64,000 bases of DNA from Amphiscolops sp. MND2022 (lineage: Eukaryota). The notes beneath the pieces are model-generated. The model ran no database searches. It was not told where the DNA came from and saw only the letters and a program-made list of their open reading frames with translations. Where the stretch lies: positions 79,424,001-79,488,000 of the forward strand of contig OZ076409.1 in NCBI GenBank assembly GCA_964187785.1. Reading direction: 5' to 3'. The position numbers were made by a program, and so were the translations under genes. Below, piece after piece: positions 1 to 12,755 of this stretch (position 1 is the first letter of the stretch; every line of letters starts with the position of its first letter).

Positions 1-845
1 CCTGCCGGCAATTTTTTTGAACCGTGGGAATTGCCTCGTTTGCACCCAGGAAGGTCTACTGGGTCCGTTCCGTTGGAAAATGAAGGCTTTTTGGGTCTGC
101 CTCCTGTACAGCGGAAGTATTGAGGATTTACACTGATAGTTTTTCTGGCGTTTTCGGGATTTTCGTTCAAAACGTGTGTCTGAACAAAGTCAAATTCAGT
201 TTTACCAATCGTATTGGGTACAAAATAACACAGCACGTTTCGTCAGCCACACAAGTCAGAAAAATAACCTTCCGTAGCTGATAATTGCCTCCAGCTTCAA
301 GCTAGAGCCTTTTTCAACGATTTTTGGATTTTTCAATTTTTTTCGAAAATCACTCAGATGGCTTTTACAAGTGCTGAAAACGTGGTATCGGGCTCAAAAT
401 TGGTCACGCGATCGCACGTACAGCCAGCTACACTACAAAAACAATCAATGAGAATTCAGACCACTGGGCAAGATTTAGATCTGATACTGAAGTTCCGTAT
501 CACCGTGTCTCGATTGACACGATTTTTCACATGTAATCAAAGACTCTCGTCCACAGTGCTGAGCTCTCGAGCTCACTTTTTCAGCAACCGTGCACCAAAT
601 GACACTAATAAGAATAGTCCAGGGCAATGTTATCCCAACTTTCCAATAAGGTGCGCCGACAGTTCCAAAAAATGATCCAATTCGTTACAATACACAGGAT
701 ATCACAACTTCAAGTAACAAAATGCTATGATCCAGCAAGGCAGCCCACTCGATACTGATCAAATATCACACGCATAGCAATGAACGAACTACTGGGAGTT
801 CAAACTAGGGGTTTTGACAGGTTTCCAACACGTAGAAAGGACTTT

Positions 846-1045
846 NNNNNNNNNNNNNNNNNNNNNNNNNNNNNNNNNNNNNNNNNNNNNNNNNNNNNNN
901 NNNNNNNNNNNNNNNNNNNNNNNNNNNNNNNNNNNNNNNNNNNNNNNNNNNNNNNNNNNNNNNNNNNNNNNNNNNNNNNNNNNNNNNNNNNNNNNNNNNN
1001 NNNNNNNNNNNNNNNNNNNNNNNNNNNNNNNNNNNNNNNNNNNNN
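846..1045. other. Assembly gap (200 N)
   Basis: Run of N bases. Confidence 0.99.
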
Positions 1046-3347
1046 TTTTGTATCTTACGATAAAAATGGAGTAACTGAAAGGGGGACCCTGTGCACTATC
1101 CTAAATGCGCTCCCCGTTTGCCGGTCCAGTAGTTTAGTACTGTAATTAGTAGTTGAACGTTAATTTTAACGTTCGTCGCTTTGAGTCTGTCTTTTAAAAA
1201 AAGAAAAAAAACGAGTGACTGTAATAGTCGGGCTCTTTTATTAATAAAAGCGCCGGCTAAAAATACAGATGATATCATCGATGGGGAAAAAGAACGAAAC
1301 GTTTGCATTCAGCGTTAAGAAGATGGATGTAAATGGATGAGGAGGAAAAACGTTGAATCAGTTGAGAATAACTGGTTGAACAAGTTGATGCTCGTTTGCT
1401 TCCGGGACAAGCTTTTATTATGGAAACAAAAGACCAAAAGTCACTCCTTTGATTCGTTCTCGAGAATAGGAAACATCTATTTGGCGAATGAGAAAGGGTA
1501 CAAAATAAACCCAGAAATATGGATTCAAAAGCATCAAGGAAAATATTGAAAACTTGAATGTGTTGAAAACAAACATTTTAAATAATTCTTGGATCCCCGA
1601 ATAGAAAAGTTTTTTGAAAAACTGGCTGATGAAATCGAATAGAAAAAAACTAGTTTCAAACAAAGTTTTGAAAGAAAACAACTGTTACAGCATGATAACT
1701 TCTCAAAGAAAAGGATGAATGTAGACAAAATGCAACTGAACTTTAGCTAGACCTAATGGTTAAGGATTCCATTTCAACTGGCGTTAAGCCTAATGTTTTG
1801 AGGGCGATTTACAAGAAACTAATACAACAACAATTGCCAAGAATTATTCAAATAATGGAAATTGTTGATTAAAATTCATCTTTTTTTCAAAAGTCCTCTT
1901 TTAACATGTTGTCAAAATCCAAGGTCAAGATATCATGACCTTGTGCTCGTAGTGATCAAGCCTGTGACGATCAACCACCACGACGAATGCTTTCAGAGGG
2001 AGCTTGTAACTCGGTTCCAGTTGATTCTACAGTGGAAGCTGGTTTTCCTTTATTGTACTATCAGATTCTTCAGAGTTTGCGATTGCAGTTTCGTTTGGTT
2101 CTTCGTTAGAGTCTCAGCGGTCAGCTTCTCCTTCTTGCGGTACAAGACTAACTGGTTTCCTTTTTTCGTGTTTAGGTTTCTCATCGTGTTATTTATTTGC
2201 ATTATTAACTGCTGCTTCTTTTGAGTTGTTACTACATCCCTAGTTGGCGGGGGGATTACTTTTCCTTCTATTTGCCTCACGAGAACAACACAGTATTTTT
2301 GGAGCAGAACCGTTTTTTGGGATAATTGATTGCTTGGATTGTAGAAACGTTACTGTACGTTACTGCCCTTTTGGCGAACGCACCTCATTTTATGCCCCGA
2401 GTACGTTCTGGCACCAGTATGGTGGTGTATTCTCTACTATGAAAATTCTTCTCGTCCATTTTCAGTGATGGGGATTCTAAATTAGACTGACCAGTGCTTG
2501 GTAACAATTTGGTCACATACAAGTCTAAATGGACAGTCTCGTTTGAAAAACTTAATTTACTTAATACATTGGATGGTTTTTTTCTAACGCTTCAATGCCT
2601 TGTCATGTTCAGCTGTGCAGCTTTAATGAAAATTGTTTTTTTTAAAGAAGCCTGAGCGGTGCGCGATCTTGAATGAGATTTGGAACAGATTTCTTCCCAT
2701 AGAAGTCCTCGGTTCTTGGAGAAATTTGGCTTTCAATTTTTACGTAATTGCTTGAATTATCTCATGTAACAGTTTCACTCTTAAGGGAGACAATTTGTAA
2801 CAATGTCACCCATGTTTTCGATCAGCTATCGTGTGTTTTTCCAGTTTAAACCAAAATCAACATCATCATTTAGTAAAACATGTAGCTGTTTCAGATGTTC
2901 TTTCTCTGATCCTTTCGTATTAATTAAAGCATCGTTCATGATGAAATGTTTGCTCCATTGGTGTTATCATCTGATCATTGACGGAATTTGATTACTTCGT
3001 ATTACCTGCCACTTCTAAAAATCTAGCCACTTCTCCCATTCCCTTTCAAGTGGAATTTCTGACACATCCCAATACAACAGCAGTCCAGCAACAGCCGAGA
3101 CTAAATCCTTACTTGCTGTCTGGATGTCATAAAAGATCTCGAAGCGCCTTGTTATCACTTAAGTGATTTCTAATTTCTGAAAAAAAATGAATATAGGAAA
3201 AGTGCCACCAAGTTTCAGCTAGACCATATGGCCGAGAAACACTAAATCAGACTCAAACTCAGTATGAGTTGTTTCTAACAACTGTTTCTTTTGGCGAGGA
3301 AACAATTGGCCGGGAAAAATTATTTTGATGTTTCCTAATTGGCACCC

Positions 3348-3528
3348 TGGAGTTTAGTTAGAGGAGTGAAGACTTGAGACACTATTACTATTTTTTATTT
3401 ACCAATTCGTGTCAAGTACCTGCTAATGTTCTACTATGTTTATATTGTATACTCTACTCAGTAGCAATTGATGAGATTTAAAATTCAGTTTCGTATAACA
3501 CTCAATTCTTGTATTTAAAAAAACAACA
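3348..3528 (+). repeat. 5' LTR of gypsy element
   Basis: TG...CA ends; shares blocks such as TTGAGACACTATTA and CAGTTTCGTATAACAC with 9879-9970 plus 10502-10596. Confidence 0.8.
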
Positions 3529-4071
3529 TGGCTCAGTCAATGTCAGATTAACTGACAATTACCCCAAGGCCAACAAATTGTTATCCTTCCAACAATTACC
3601 AAAGGATGGATCACATCAACAACACCCCTCCACCAACGGGGCGACAGCCTAATCGGACAACCGATCAGTCAACCAACAGCCGGTTGATATCCAAAGAGAC
3701 CTCAATGCGAACGGAGGACCGTACCTGCACCCTAAAAAGACCATTCCCAGATTAGAAGAACACGACAGCTCCAGTGCGAACTTGTGGTGGCGAATTTTTG
3801 TCCAATACATCAAAATGATAAACGACATCGACCTTTCAACCATGACAAACTTGAAAGAAGTTTTGGCACAACACCGCGACTAACTGGAACTGGAGATCAA
3901 AGATAAAATCTGGGCAATCGCACTAAATGCATTTACAGAAAGCACAAAAACAGTAAGAGAACAAAAAACACGTGCTCTACCGTTTCATAGACTATACATT
4001 TCATTCCGGATACATCTGACGCCGGAAAACAACGTGCAACACAGCCGAGCTGACTTCGACATAGAAGAGAA

Positions 4072-4308
4072 ACAAGACGCCCGCTAAGCACCGGGATATT
4101 TTCCGCTATAACAAAGATAGAACTCGAGACGGGGTTCGAACCAATGACCTCGTGCATGGCAGGCAGACGCAATACCAACTGTGCCACGGCGAATAATTCA
4201 TCGAATTACTAAATGGACTAAAAATAAATGGAGATTTGGCAGAATTTGTAAAACAAAAAACCCAACACAGATCATGATTTTCCTCTTCCATTTATGTGGG
4301 AGGAAAAT
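4072..4308 (-). mobile_element. Helentron/DINE-like non-autonomous element carrying a tRNA-Gly-like cassette
   Basis: Minus strand: 5' ATTTTCC...GGAAAATCATGATCTGTGTTG head, 3' GCGGAAAATAT subterminal repeat and CCCG...CGGG hairpin. Same ends as 53231-53650. Internal A box TGGCACAGTTGGT and B box GGTTCGAACCC. Confidence 0.65.
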
Positions 4309-6548
4309 GACAAACAAGACAGCGGCAGATGTCAGGAAAAAAGTCTAGAAGTTGAGAAAAACTGAAAGTTCGAAACCACAATAGCAGCCGAACTTTTAGC
4401 CTCTAAAATCCTATCACTCATAGGAAAATCCACAGGAGAGTATGAGCTAAGAAGAATTCGAAAAAACGACATGTCGGTCGAGGCAATTACAGAAGCATAC
4501 ACGAGTAGAAGTATGAAAACCTGAATGAATCCCTCCGAAACTGAAGAAGAAAAACAATCGACATGTGGAGAAGCGAAAACACAACCATAATAAAGAAAAA
4601 ACCGAAAGAAAGCCGAAAGCCAGAAGACTGGACTGTAACAGATATGGAGCACGCAATTGGTCCAACTAGCACAAGAGTGCCGCAAAAGGGACGAAATTCG
4701 CAAAATGTGGTAAACTGGGATATTATGCAAAATGTTGTCGATCAACACGGAAAAAAAATACATAGCCGATGAAGAAACATAAAGTGCATATGAGGACGAT
4801 TGGACACCGGACAGAATACATTCCATACAACAGAATATCAATTCATGGTGAACCAAAAGTAAGAACGTGCCCCCGTTTTGACCAAAACATTAACAATTAA
4901 TAACCGGCCAATACAAAATCATCGTTGACACAGGTTCACCGGTATCAATAATCTCAGAGGCAAAATTCAACAAAATAACAACAATTTAACCGGTAACGGA
5001 AGATTGTCTAGACGTAAACCCTGATAAAACAAAGTTTGAAGGTAAAACGACCGAAAACATTGAAATAAGCGGTATAAAATAGCAACTAACTGTGGTTACT
5101 AATAACAACCAGACAAACACACCCATTAGTCGGACTGGACTGGGTGGAAAAGCTGGGCATCACCCTAAAAAGAGACAAAAAACACTTAAACAGTCAACCA
5201 CATAAGCAAACCGGACCAAACCAGCTGTAGACCGGACCAAGAAATGGCGACTGAAAGGCAATGCCAGAAATGGAAACAAAGTTCCACAAATTATTTACAA
5301 GAAAATAATACGGTAAAAACGAAAAGTAGACAACCAAATAAAAGAAGGGGCAAAATGGATACAACAAAAGGGTAGACGCATGCCAATTCACTCCCGACCC
5401 GCAGTTGAAAAAGAACTTGAAAAACTAAAAAACCTGGGACACATTGAAAATACCGAGAACTTCGATCAAAACTGTTTCGTGAGTCCCGCGATAATTACCA
5501 ATAAAAAAGACAAGTCAGTAAAAATAGCTCTCGATTCACGAAAACTAAATAAAATAACGCTATAAAGAAAGACACAAATGCCTAACATAGAAGAATTAAT
5601 TTCGACAACGTCCAGAAAAACAGCAAATGGACCGCTTAAAAACAGCAAATGAAATCTAGATTTCCAAATTCGATTTCGATTACGCATATGGTCAACTATA
5701 ACTCTCGAAAAAAGCAATGGACCCATGCATTTTTGGCAGTTATCGGAGGAACCGTTACCGGTTACTACTGAATTCCTTTTTAAAAAAAAACGTTCACGTG
5801 CTACCCGATATCCCAACGTTTTTTTTTTCAAAAAAAAATGACCAAACACTAGAGAACAAGCAATCAGTCTGGCTAAACGACATTATAGTTGTAACAAAAC
5901 GCTCTTAACGAAAACATATGGACAAATTGATAGACATTTTGACGAAAATTGAAAACGCTGGTTACAGACTAAGCGAAACCAAATCAGAACTCTCCAAAAT
6001 CGAAATAGAATGGATCGGTCGAAAACTTTACCAGAACGGTATCAAACATTTACGAGAAAAATTATTCAAAGTCAACGAACTGAAAAAACCGGAGAACGAA
6101 AAAGAACTAAAATCTCATCCTTAGGCGCTGTTGAATGTTTGTCTAAATACTTTTGAAAACCACTCAGCACAAACCGATATTTTAGGCAATTACTCAAAAA
6201 AAACAATGAATAGAAATGGATTGCAGAACATTTGAAAACTTGAAAAAAGTTTCACGGAAATGCCGTGTTCATCACATTACAATCCAGTCTATCCAAACAT
6301 AATAAACACAAACGCAAGCACAAAAGGCCCTAAGAGCCACGCTGTGGCAAGAAAAACCAAACAGTAAATTAAAACCAATTGCATATGTCAGTCGTTTTCT
6401 CCGTGACACGGAAAAGTAATACGCCATCAATGATTTGGAAAATTAGGCGGTGGTATGGGGACTCGAACCTTTCCGTCTATACATATACGGAAAACCAATA
6501 AACTTGCTCCCTGATCACCAAGCCGCACTCGAACCCCTAATTAAACGC

Positions 6549-7001
6549 CATTACGATACATATGCCGCAAAGAACTAGCAACATCTTGCTAGTTTGGTTA
6601 ACAGCCAATAAAAACGCGTTATTATTTCAAATACGCGTTACGTGTTTTGCTTATTACACCGTGTGATTTGGCGTTACGCGTAGCGATCAAAATGCAGTAA
6701 ATGACTACTTTACACTCTCTTCAATTACGTAATTTAATTGGTTTCCACTTCACACACGAATGGAAGAATCGTTTATAGTCATTCTTAGTCACGGTGTACA
6801 TCAAAATTCCGTACTGGTTTCCACTTTTCTCTCTAATTACGCTCAATGATCACAATCCGCAATGTCTGATTACACTGTGCATCACAATTCGCAATGAACA
6901 CGATGCACCTTTTGACTAGAATACGGTTGGCTCTCGTTCTACAGATAGTACACTTTACACTTGATGATAAATTCCACTTTTGCGGCATATGTATCGTAAT
7001 G
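6549..7001. mobile_element. CACTA/EnSpm-type MITE (453 bp) inserted in gypsy RNase H region
   Basis: Perfect 23-bp TIR CATTACGATACATATGCCGCAAA. Removing it restores the frame ...LIKRNQSSRTYSALLTKWLDRLAH. Related 70-bp copy at 53278 starts CACTA and has a 2-bp TSD. Confidence 0.8.
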
Positions 7002-9878
7002 GTAATCAATCTAGTAGGACGTACAGCGCACTGCTAACTAAATGGCTAGATCGACTAGCACACGTTTTTTAACGTAAGCCATACAACCGCTAAACACTTA
7101 GCACTCACGGATTATCTCAGCAGAAATCCGTCCGTGCCACCAGAAGCGGATGACGCATACGACGAAGAATACGTAATCAACAACATCATACACTAAACAT
7201 TTATGACCAAATACGGTTGCCATAGCAACTATTTTGAGCAATCACAGAACGCAAAATGAACAGTGAACTGAAGCATTCCAAAATGCTGGAACAAACTGCC
7301 AAAACTTGCTGAAATCTAACACCAAAAAGCTGCAAAAACTTAGTAACAGCGCAAAACTAAAATGGACGCGAGAACCATTGATTATTTGGAAAACAACGTC
7401 TGCAGAGACAAGAAATCTGAACGTTCGATTGAGAACATCGTTAAACTGGGCGTTTATCGACAATCCGCTGGTCGGAGGAAAAAGTACCGCCAACCGAAAC
7501 TTCTCCGGATTGAAAGGAAAACAATCTAGGAACAACTACAATGAGCCATCCGAAACAACGAGAACGGACAAAGACAACAGCCTCAAGGTTTCGAACCACA
7601 TGAGAGACGAAACGAACAATGGACAGTCGACCAATTCTGGGAATTAGACCGTCCATAACACCAACAAATACAACAAGAAGACCCACCCGGACCCTCATCA
7701 CAAGATAATGAACAGATATAACAAGAGTATAGACCGATGGAAGAGGGGAAATTGGATCGGAACCGGATCAAGATCCATCAATTTTAGAAGTCCGGCAGTC
7801 AACTGCGCAAAATACTTGGGCGTTTGCGTCCTGTACATAAAGATGTGACATGCACCAAAAGTAGAGGCAAAAGAGCCCGATAACTGGAACCTGTGAAACC
7901 TAGTGAGAGAGACGGAAAACAATGTCTCTACCGACTTACAGCTGCTTATGACCGAAACAGCGAACGACCCTAGTCTCCCCAAAACGCTCGACTGCCTCGA
8001 AATACGAAAATACGGCGAAGGAATACATATTGTACAGAAAAAGCTCTCGACCAGTTACGGGCTGGTATTCTACGAGGACCGTAATTCCAAAGAACCTACA
8101 GACAACCGTCATCAGCCTCCTTGAAGATGGTCACCCAGCCATAAACAAAATTTCAATGGCAGCAAGACATTTTTGGTAGCCAAGAATCACCGAAACCACC
8201 CAGAAGAAGTGCGACGGTTGTATCCCGTGCAAATTGTCAGGTAAGAATTTTAAACCTAATCTACCTGATACGGAAAAAACAACTACCACCGCTGAAAATT
8301 TTCAACGATGAAACCCAATTGGATTTCATCTGTCCAAATATCGAAAGGAACCAAAGATTTCATTTTTACTTTCAATGGACCGGTTCAGTGAATGGTTGGC
8401 GGCTAGTTTTTGGAAAACCACCGACTGACAAACAGCGGTTAGATTTCAGGAACGATACTTGAACTTAAACAGCATCCCAAAATCAATCAGAGCCAATTAG
8501 GACGGGCCAAACGTTTACGGAATTCTGCAAAAATCTCCAAATAAAGGTTTTATACAGGACACCGTATATACACACCCCGAGGGATTGGTCGAACGCGACG
8601 TGAAAACACTGAACGACACACTACTGACCAAACTGAACGTGGGAGAAAAATTCGGCAGAGCGCTAGACATAACACTCAATATGATGCGCAAACCACCCCA
8701 TGCGCGGCTAGAGAAATCCGCATTTGAACTACACTGCGATTGCGAACCAAATACGGAAATTAGCAACATGTTAAATCTTGATGCGTTGAAAAACACAACA
8801 ACACATGTATCTCAGCAAGACCAGACACCTTAGAGGTGTTTCCGTTCAACGGAGCTAGCGGTGCTTTTGACCAGTTCCCGATAAAACGGAAGAGAGGAAC
8901 CAAAGGAGTCAGTAATTATCCGTTTGTTTGTCCTTGAGAAAAAAATAACAGAACCGGGGTTTGACAGAGCAATATCCAAACAGAAGTCAAACGGCTTTTT
9001 CGGGCACTAAACAAACCGTAACGACGTCAGACATTGGAATTGTAGATAGAAAACACATAAGTAAACCCATTTCTGAGTTTACACAGTAACCGAACAACAG
9101 AGGAACAGGACTACGAGGACCGGATGGCCATTTCATCAAAGCTCCAAAAATATTCAACATCGAAGATTCAGACAGCGACACTAGAGAATCGCCTGTAACC
9201 CCTACCACCATCACACTAACCAATGGGGAAACAATCACACCTCCACAAAGAAATGCAACATTGGGGATAGCGCGACAGAAACTATTCCGGCTCACGCAAA
9301 ATTCCGGCTCACCCGGGGGCCACCAACACAAATGGACCAACCGCAAAGCGACACCGGACAGTTGACTATAGTAGCAGAAAATGACGGATGCGGAAGTAGA
9401 CCGCATCATTGAAGACCCCAGAAGGGCAAACACAGAAATACACATAAGAGACAACAACAGTAAGGTAATTCCTAATAATTACAAAATCCAAACAGAGGCG
9501 AAGAAAACAACACAGAAAACATTAACATAGAAGCTGAAATCTCAGATACTGAACTAAGCAATCTCACTCAAGCACTGAAATAGAACAGGATACGAAAGAA
9601 AATAACTTACGTAGATCGCCTAAACAGTCCAGTACCATCTGATAACAGGAAATACCGTCAAAAGACTAAATGCTCGGGAAAACGCACCAGACACAGAAGA
9701 CAATACGGACAACCATTAGAACAACTACACAAACGGGCTAATCCGGAAGTATCATTCAGTAACCGGACCACATTAAGGATACAACGCGCAACACTGCGGA
9801 GAACAAAAACAGCTCTGGTTTCAGAAGAAAATCCCATTCCCTCATTGGCCCATTCTCGTCCAATCATGGAGGGGGAAA

Positions 9879-10596
9879 TGAATTACAGTTAGAGTACAAC
9901 CTGAAGAATTGAGACACTATTATTATTATTTCTTATCTACTAATTAGTCTCAAGTACCTCCTACTATTTTTAGTCGGTGCTTTTCGTAGGAAAACGCAGA
10001 CTATAGTAGTGACTTTTTTGAAGACAAACGAACTGACAGATTTTATAAGTTTTATAAGTTGACTGGCACTAACACTAAACTGTGCCACACTACTTCACTG
10101 GCACTTGGCATAGAGTTTACGGCTTTTCTGAGGTCTGCCAAGCAGAAGGACATGGGTTCGATTCCTGCCCTCGACCAAAATTTTTTGTGCAGGTTTTCTT
10201 TGGCTTTGTGAGACTTTTTTCCGCAAATTATTTAAATGTCTCCAAAAGGTCCATCCTTCAATTTTTTCTATTTTGCTCAATGGATGTTCAAAAACTCCCA
10301 AAGGGCCCCATCTCACATTTTTCGGCACTATGCGACTTACCGGAGACCAAAAAAGTTCGAAAGTTTCAAAAAAATTTGGATATTTTCATTCATTTTTTTC
10401 CTCACGTGGGTACTATAGAAGAGAATACTTGACACTTTGAAGTACTTTAGCTGTTTTTGAGCCTTAGATATGGCGCCCACTTGGGCCGTTCCCGGCTTGT
10501 TTATTCTTATAACGTAAACTCTACTGAGTAGAAATTGATGAGATATAAAATACAGTTTCGTATAACACCCAATTCTTCTACTAGAAAGATACAACA
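9879..10596 (+). repeat. 3' LTR of gypsy element (interrupted at ~9971-10501)
   Basis: Follows the polypurine tract, begins TG, ends ACAACA; matches the 5' LTR on both sides of the insertion. Confidence 0.8.
9971..10501 (+). mobile_element. Helentron/DINE-like non-autonomous element inserted in the LTR
   Basis: 5' AGTCGGTGC with local inverted repeat, 3' GCGCCCACT subterminal repeat and GCCG-TTCC-CGGC hairpin, T-rich insertion site, no TSD seen. B-box-like GGTTCGATTCC at ~10155. Confidence 0.65.
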
Positions 10597-12755
10597 CTCC
10601 CATAAAGCAAGCTTTCTACAGTTAGCGTAAAAGTTTGGGATTTGCAACTCCGAAATGATCGTTTCGTTCCATGTGTAATTTTCAAACAAAAAATTCCCTA
10701 TATCAAATTCCAAACCTTAGTTGAGTCTGCAGGAACTTTTTACATGCTTCAGGCCTGCATGCAGGGTAATTGTTTATAAAACCTAGAAAATTCAGGGTAA
10801 TTCAGGTGGTAAATCTTGTAGAAAAACACTGCATTTTCCACTACTGCAATTAAATTTGAAAATAGATACAACATCATCACCGACACGACCTTATTGTATT
10901 TACAATTTGCTTTCTCAACTCATCTGATGTGTCTCACCGCGCATCAATAGGACGCTAAACATGACGGTATATTGCAGTTTATTAGTGCGGTATAGTGCAG
11001 GTGACTGAAATAATTTTGCATTAAAATGGCTGTTAAACTGAGAGCAATTTATTTGCTTTTAAAATTAGAACTGCTTCTTAATGAAACCTGCAAAACTTCA
11101 AGGCGTAAAATTGCCGCCAAAACTTTGATGAATCTTTCAAGCAGCTTGATAAAAGTCGAATACAACAGGTAAATATTTTCTCATTAAAGTTTCCGTAAGA
11201 GTTTTAGAAAATCATAATAAAAGTTGCTGGCAACATTAAAGTACATGCAAAAAGTTCAAGAAGTTTCAACAAGGGAAGTTAGAACAGGGTTTTTGAACGT
11301 GAAGTTTTTCTGCGTTGCCTACTTCAAGCTATTTTTGTTATCATAAGTCAGCACCCAATGAGAAAAACAATATTTCAAAAAAAATTACATCAAAGAGGTA
11401 ATTCGGATGAGAAAAGCTGACATGGAAGCGTGAACAATTTTTTCCTTTTACAGCAACATTATTGTGAATGTTAATCATGCTGGACCGGCCTCGTGAATAG
11501 AAAAAACTTGGTTCTTAAGTTTTCAGACTTCTCAAGAAGTTTTCACGCACAGCGGAAGTTCACTTGATATTTCTATACTGCCACTTGACAATGAAAAGGA
11601 TGGAAATTGTGAGCTATAAACTCCGTTTAATGGGCCAGATTAGCGGACCGGTCCGTTCTACGAAGCATTAGGGTTCCGCCATCGTAATTTTACTTTATAA
11701 TCTTCAATAAAGTCTACGCTTTTATAATTTTAACATCAATTGACTTCTTAGTTGTTAAATAACTATTTCTCTCTAGGATCTTTGCAAATTATCGAGGCTA
11801 GCCAAAGGAATTGAAGTTTAACATATGCCTTTTCACCCAATTTCGCTCAATTAACACTAAGAATAAACTTAGCTCGGAAATTTTCGATCTTTTTCATCAA
11901 TCTTTCCAAACAGTAGACGTTGTAATTTTATCGTCGATATATGGAGAGGGAGGTGGTTTGTTCACGAACAAAAACCGAAAATTCTCTCTTTACTGACAAG
12001 GGGAAATTAAGTCAATTTTTTTTACAAAAAATCAGTAGAAATTCCTAATACCATTTGGTGATACTTTTAAGAAAAAAGATACTTTAAGCAAAGCTGAATT
12101 CAGTTATTTCCCCATTGCCAACGGAAAAATTTAGTTTTGTTTACGTTTTTGTTTACAGTTTAAACGGTTTTGTTTACGGTTTAAACGTAGAAAATAAATT
12201 CATTATTTGAGAACTGATAAAACTGGCTTTCTCTGTTGAGATATAGTCAACCTCGTTGGCTTTCTTGATGAAAAAGAGAGACCATAGACCAGAGTTTTCC
12301 GAATCATTCATTTAAATGTGGATGTGAATTCACTTTCATGCTACTGAAACTTTAAATAAATAAATGAAAAAACCTCTTTCGATACCCTTGTTGAAACTGC
12401 TTGAACTTTTTGCATGTACTTTAATGTTGCCAGCAACTTTTATTATGATTTTCCAAAACTCTTACGGAAACTTTCATGCGAAATTTTGTCCCTGTTGTAT
12501 TTAACTTTTATCAAGCTGCTTGAAAGATTCATCAAAGTTTTGGCGGCAATTTTAAACCTTGAAGTTTTGCAGGTTTCATTAAGCAGCAGTTATAATTTTG
12601 AAAGCAAATAAGGCGCTATCAATTTACCGCTAAATCAATGCAAAATAACTTCAGTCGCATAATAAACTGCAAGTTAGCGTCATCTCTAGCGTGCTATTTG
12701 AGAAGCGGTGATCACATCAGATGAGTAGTTGAGAAAACAAAGTGTGTACACAAAG

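Larger units (their letters stand above)
3348..10596 (+). mobile_element. Decayed full-length Ty3/gypsy LTR retrotransposon with three nested insertions
   Basis: Diverged LTRs at ~3348-3528 and 9879-10596 (the 3' LTR is interrupted). PBS-like TGGCTCAGT at 3529, polypurine tract at 9868-9878, flanks CACCC/CTCCC (4/5 TSD). Broken gag; protease IIVDTGSPVSII (~4918); RT (VSPAIITNKKDKSVKIALDSRKLN); RNase H (KPIAYVSRFL...VVWGLEPFRLYIYGKP); integrase remnants at 8100-8800. Domain order PR-RT-RH-IN; many stops and frameshifts. Confidence 0.9.

Noticed and set aside
780..1145. ORFs spanning N runs (also 37251-37514)
   Set aside because: Artefacts of assembly gaps.
1..3340. Possible decayed retroelement or coding remnants
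   Set aside because: Only weak hints (e.g. IVENTPPYW on the minus strand near 2430); no diagnostic motif I can defend.
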